Assembly: GCA_903877345.1 (NCBI GenBank)
Contig: CAIRDL010000120.1
Location: forward strand, 1-38,612
Length of the DNA: 38,612 bases
Direction: 5' to 3'
From: an uncultured Oscillochloris sp.
GTDB lineage: Bacteria > Chloroflexota > Chloroflexia > Chloroflexales > Chloroflexaceae
Positions 35,284 to 38,612 of the stretch are shown here, in pieces. Below the pieces are notes generated by a model, which was not told where the DNA came from, ran no database searches, and saw only the letters and a program-made list of their open reading frames with translations. Numbering within the stretch: the stretch's first letter is position 1; each line of letters opens with the position of its first letter. The translations under genes and the position numbers were made by a program.

Positions 35284-37644
35284 ATGTACCTTGCGCCGCT
35301 CGTCAGCTTCCTGCTTTTTGCCACCGGAGCTTCGTTTGTGGCCGCTCTGATCGCCCGCCGCCGCGAGGATGTCGCCGGGCGGCAGTTGTTTGTTTGGTTG
35401 ATGGGCGCAATTGGTACTTGGAGCGGCTTGAATGCGCTGGAACTGGTGGTGCCCGACCAAGCGCTGAAGATTGGGTTGTCCAAGCTCGCGTATCCAGCGG
35501 TTATGAGTGTCGTACCGCTTTGGCTGCTGCTGGTGCGCTATGTAGCCGGTCATCCGCCCCTCAGACCCCGTCGCATTGCCCGCCTCGCCATCATTCCCAT
35601 GCTCACAGTCGTGTTGGCCTGGACGAACGAACTCCACGGGTGGCTCTGGGCGAGTATCACACCCGCCACGCCCGCTTCTGGGGTGCTCGTGTACGCCCAC
35701 GGCCCCTGGATCTGGGTCTCCGCCGTCTATAACTACGGGCTGCTCATCGCCGCGACGGTCATCCTGATCCGTGCCTTGCGCTCGACTCCGCGCCCTTTTC
35801 ACCCTCAGTTGCGCACTTTGTTAGTCGCTGGGAGCTTCCCTTGGCTCGGTAATCTGCTCTATCTCACCGGGACAGTGCCGCTGCTGGGCCTCGATCTCAC
35901 CCCGATTGCGTTTATGCTGACCGGGCTGCTTACCCTGTGGAGCCTCACGCGCCAGCAACTTTTCGACCTCGTGCCGGTTGCGCGGGGCGTGCTGCTTGAC
36001 CATTTGCACGATGGCGTGCTGGTGCTTGATCGGCAGCAGCGAATCGTGGATCATAACCCGGCGGCCTTGCGCCTGAGTGGCCTTGTCGCCACTGCTATCG
36101 GGCAACCGCTCACCGCCGCGCTCCCCGCTTTGGCCCGAACCGTGCAGACCGCGCTTACCACGGGCACCGCCCAGATGATTGAGGCGTGCGGCCCGCAGGC
36201 GGTTAGTGTGGAGCTACAGACCACCGCGTTGCACGACCGCCACGGTCAGTCGGCGGGGTGGTTGGTGCTGTTGCACGATGTCACCGTTCCGCAGCGCCTT
36301 GCCGCCCAGTTGAGTGCCGAGCGTGATTTCGCGCTTCAGGTGATGCAGACGATGGGCGAGGGGCTAACCGTGACCAATGAACTGGGCCAGTTCACCTTTG
36401 TGAACGACGCTTTTGCCCAGTTGGTAGGCACCACACCCGCCGCGTTGCTTGGGCGGCGACCCATTGAACTGATTATCGCGGAAGATCACCCGCTGCTCTT
36501 GGCGGCCCTGACGATGCGCCGCCAAGGTCTGGTGAACAGCTACAGCACGCGCCTGCGCCGCGCTGATGGTCAACTCATCACAGTGCAAGTTACGGGCGCG
36601 CCACGGTTGGTTGGCAGCCAGTTTGTGGGTAGTGTCACCGTGATCACCGATCTGAGTGAGCGCATCGCCGCCGAGGTGGCGCTTCGTAGCGTTGAGCAGA
36701 CGCTGCGGAGTTTCTTTGACAGCGCGGGCGTGATGATGGGCATTGTCGAGTTGGGCGACCACGATTTCCGCCATATCGCCGATAATGCGGTGACGGCAGC
36801 CTTTTTCGGCACAACTGTCGAGGCGATCCGTGGTCAGTGGGCCAGTGCCTTGCGCATCCCGCCCCCAGTGATCCAGCACTGGCTCCACGCCTATCGCGAG
36901 AGCGAACGGCTCGGCAAGCCGGTGCAGTTTGATTACACCCACGAGCGGCCCAACGGGCGTTTCTGGCTCGCCGCAACGGTGTGCTGCATTGGCCCAGCGC
37001 CAAACGGACAGATTCATTACTCCTACGTGATCACCGATATTACGGCTCGCAAAGAGCTAGAGCTGCAACTCATCGCTTCGCAGCAACAGCTTGAGGTTGC
37101 CAACGCCCAACTCCGCAAACTGGCGCGCACCGATGGCCTGACCGGACTATGGAATCGCACCGCTTTTGATGAGCGGCTCGCTGAAGAGACCGTCCGGGCG
37201 AGCCGCTATCACACGCCGCTCTCGTTGCTTTTACTTGATATTGACCACTTCAAAACCTATAACGACACCTACGGTCATGTGGCGGGCGATGCGGTGCTGC
37301 GTATGATTGCCCAAACCTTCCAGGAACAGTCGCGCCAAAGCGACTTGGCAGCGCGCTACGGTGGTGAAGAATTCGCGGTTATTCTCCCCAACACCGATGC
37401 AGAGGAAGCGGTGTTGGTGGCCGAACGTATTCGCCACCGCGTCGAGTGGACGGCGTGGCCGGAACGGGGGATTACCATCAGTATTGGCGTGGTGACGTTC
37501 CTCCAAGGTTTAACGGTTGAGCAGTTGGTGCAATTGGCTGATGATGCGCTGTACCATGCGAAAGCACAGGGGCGCAATCGGGTGGTGCATGTTCGTCAGA
37601 TCGCGTTGGTGCTGGGTTCTTCCCGTGCGGATAGTACGCCGTAG
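35284..37644 (+). CDS. 7TM-sensor / PAS x3 / GGDEF diguanylate cyclase
   Basis: 786 aa. N-terminal ~230 aa with 6-7 TM helices (HisKA_7TM-like), PAS modules, and a C-terminal GGDEF domain: RTDGLTGLWNR, LLLDIDHFKTYNDTYGH, active site RYGGEEF, ALYHAKAQGRNR. Confidence 0.85.
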   Translation: MYLAPLVSFLLFATGASFVAALIARRREDVAGRQLFVWLMGAIGTWSGLNALELVVPDQALKIGLSKLAYPAVMSVVPLWLLLVRYVAGHPPLRPRRIARLAIIPMLTVVLAWTNELHGWLWASITPATPASGVLVYAHGPWIWVSAVYNYGLLIAATVILIRALRSTPRPFHPQLRTLLVAGSFPWLGNLLYLTGTVPLLGLDLTPIAFMLTGLLTLWSLTRQQLFDLVPVARGVLLDHLHDGVLVLDRQQRIVDHNPAALRLSGLVATAIGQPLTAALPALARTVQTALTTGTAQMIEACGPQAVSVELQTTALHDRHGQSAGWLVLLHDVTVPQRLAAQLSAERDFALQVMQTMGEGLTVTNELGQFTFVNDAFAQLVGTTPAALLGRRPIELIIAEDHPLLLAALTMRRQGLVNSYSTRLRRADGQLITVQVTGAPRLVGSQFVGSVTVITDLSERIAAEVALRSVEQTLRSFFDSAGVMMGIVELGDHDFRHIADNAVTAAFFGTTVEAIRGQWASALRIPPPVIQHWLHAYRESERLGKPVQFDYTHERPNGRFWLAATVCCIGPAPNGQIHYSYVITDITARKELELQLIASQQQLEVANAQLRKLARTDGLTGLWNRTAFDERLAEETVRASRYHTPLSLLLLDIDHFKTYNDTYGHVAGDAVLRMIAQTFQEQSRQSDLAARYGGEEFAVILPNTDAEEAVLVAERIRHRVEWTAWPERGITISIGVVTFLQGLTVEQLVQLADDALYHAKAQGRNRVVHVRQIALVLGSSRADSTP

Positions 37645-37733
37645 AGCTTTTGGCTTTTAGATTTTAGATTGTGGATTGCCGGAGGAGCAATCCGCCTGGC
37701 ATTGTTGCGTGGAGTCGAGGCTTTAGGGACAAT

Positions 37734-37799
37734 GATTCGTGCTGCGTGATCCGTAACCGGGCCGCACCCTGACCGATTACGGATCACGCAACACCGATC
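37734..37799. repeat. GATCACG-type palindromic intergenic element
   Basis: gattcgtgctgcgtgatccgtaa / ccgggccgcaccctgaccgat / tacggatcacgcaacaccgatc. The loop is nearly identical to those at 7389 and 34617. Confidence 0.85.
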
Positions 37800-37805
37800 A
37801 GACGG

Positions 37806-37877
37806 GATGTTTCAAACCAGTTTGACCGTTTAGGCAATGCATTGCGTCTTGGTGTAGCAAAGCTGCAATCTGAAGCC
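37806..37877 (+). repeat. dispersed intergenic repeat (GTTTCAAACCAGCTTGAC family)
   Basis: gatgtttcaaaccagtttgaccgtttaggcaatgcattgcgtcttggtgtagcaaagctgcaatctgaagcc. It abuts the palindromic element, as at 7437. Confidence 0.8.
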
Positions 37878-38064
37878 TTGTCTTTGGATCTCTGTGTCTG
37901 TGGTACGATCACCGAGCGCTGTTGCGTTGTTGAGTTAGGGTAGCGGTAGAAAAGAGTTTGTCTGAGAAGTGGTATTCTTGCGCGTGACGCACCTAAGGAG
38001 CAACCGATGGAACTGCCCAACGCCTGCAAGATCATGGTGCAAGGATAGCAGATGCGTAGTTCTT

Positions 38065-38200
38065 AAGGGAAGCGGATCTTTTCAATTGTTCCGTCGTGAC
38101 CCGTGATGCGTGATCCGTGATCGGTCACGGCACGGCCTCGTCACGGATCACGCATCACGGGTCAAGCGGTGACAAGACGTTTTAATTTTTCCGCTTCCCT
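38065..38200. repeat. nested long palindrome (GATCACG-type core with an extra outer stem)
   Basis: Outer arms are agggaagcgga (about 38066-76) and tccgcttccct (about 38189-99). The inner core is cgtgacccgtgatgcgtgatccgtgatcggtcacggcacggcctcgtcacggatcacgcatcacgggtca (38095-38164). Confidence 0.75.
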
Positions 38201-38238
38201 AACAACTATTTCAAATTGAAGAAAGATGATTACCACAG

Positions 38239-38612
38239 TATGAATTCATTGCACCCACAGGATGTCACCGCCGCGCTCCAACAGGTTGCAGCGGCATATG
38301 CGCGTATCACCCATGCTGCGGCGCAGGCCCACAAGGCAGAGCGGCAGTATCTTGACACGGTTCACGCAGCCTCTACGGCCCACCATGACGTGATCGCCCA
38401 GTTTACCCAAGCAGCCCTCGGCGGAACGTTCCGCTGGAGTACAGCCCCGTGGTCAGATCCGCTCTGGGACGCCTTTGCGCCTGAACTAGCAGCGCCCATC
38501 CCGGCTACAGTGCGCCTCGGGCACATTGTCCCGCTCGATGCTCCGACGCTCGAATTGCCCGCGCTCGCGCCGCTCATCGGTCACGGCCACCTCTTTTTCT
38601 TGGGCCAAGACC
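38239..38612 (+). CDS. hypothetical protein, 3'-truncated by the window end
   Basis: My own translation from ATG 38239 stays open to the window end (124 codons): MNSLHPQDVTAALQQVAAAYARITHAAAQAHKAERQYLDTVHAAS...LPALAPLIGHGHLFFLGQD. GC3-rich. Not in the supplied track because it has no stop codon. Confidence 0.5.

Overview
High-GC bacterial chromosomal window. The gene content and the nifH-nifB-nifD-nifK order look like Chloroflexota of the Roseiflexus/Oscillochloris type, but that assignment is an inference, not a database match. I support 27 coding regions; no rRNA, tRNA, CRISPR array, transposase or integrase was found.

Main content, in order:
- Family 2A encapsulin shell gene overlapping a cysteine desulfurase cargo gene (160-2893).
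- Housekeeping and envelope genes (3282-9836): CheY-like receiver, HAD-IIA phosphatase, L,D-transpeptidase, two secreted proteins, DUF3048.
- A tightly coupled two-gene operon (9965-14390, minus strand). It encodes a McrB-like AAA+ GTPase with uncharacterised N- and C-terminal extensions, plus a 775-aa McrC-like PD-(D/E)xK nuclease with a Cys/His-rich middle region and a C-terminal HEPN (RNTAAH) domain. This is my best candidate for an undescribed defence system.
- Two tandem paralogous hybrid histidine kinases (14507-20043).
- App1-like phosphatase, a membrane protein and inositol-3-phosphate synthase (20312-23242).
- A 1.5-kb repeat-rich non-coding region containing a roughly 450-nt stem-loop-dense segment (23243-24750).
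- A minimal nifHBDK cluster with no nifE/nifN, followed by a small co-transcribed ORF and bracketed by a perfect 19-bp inverted repeat (24631-29925).
- A self-contained small gene for a 4x DLxALY-repeat protein with its own promoter, palindromic operator and terminator (30027-30546).
- Amidase, cdaA-cdaR, a pseudo-receiver plus 7TM-PAS-GGDEF pair, and a 3'-truncated ORF (30721-38612).

Intergenic DNA is saturated with at least two dispersed repeat families and with heptamer/octamer tandem repeats. All functional calls rest on motif recognition by eye; no searches were run.
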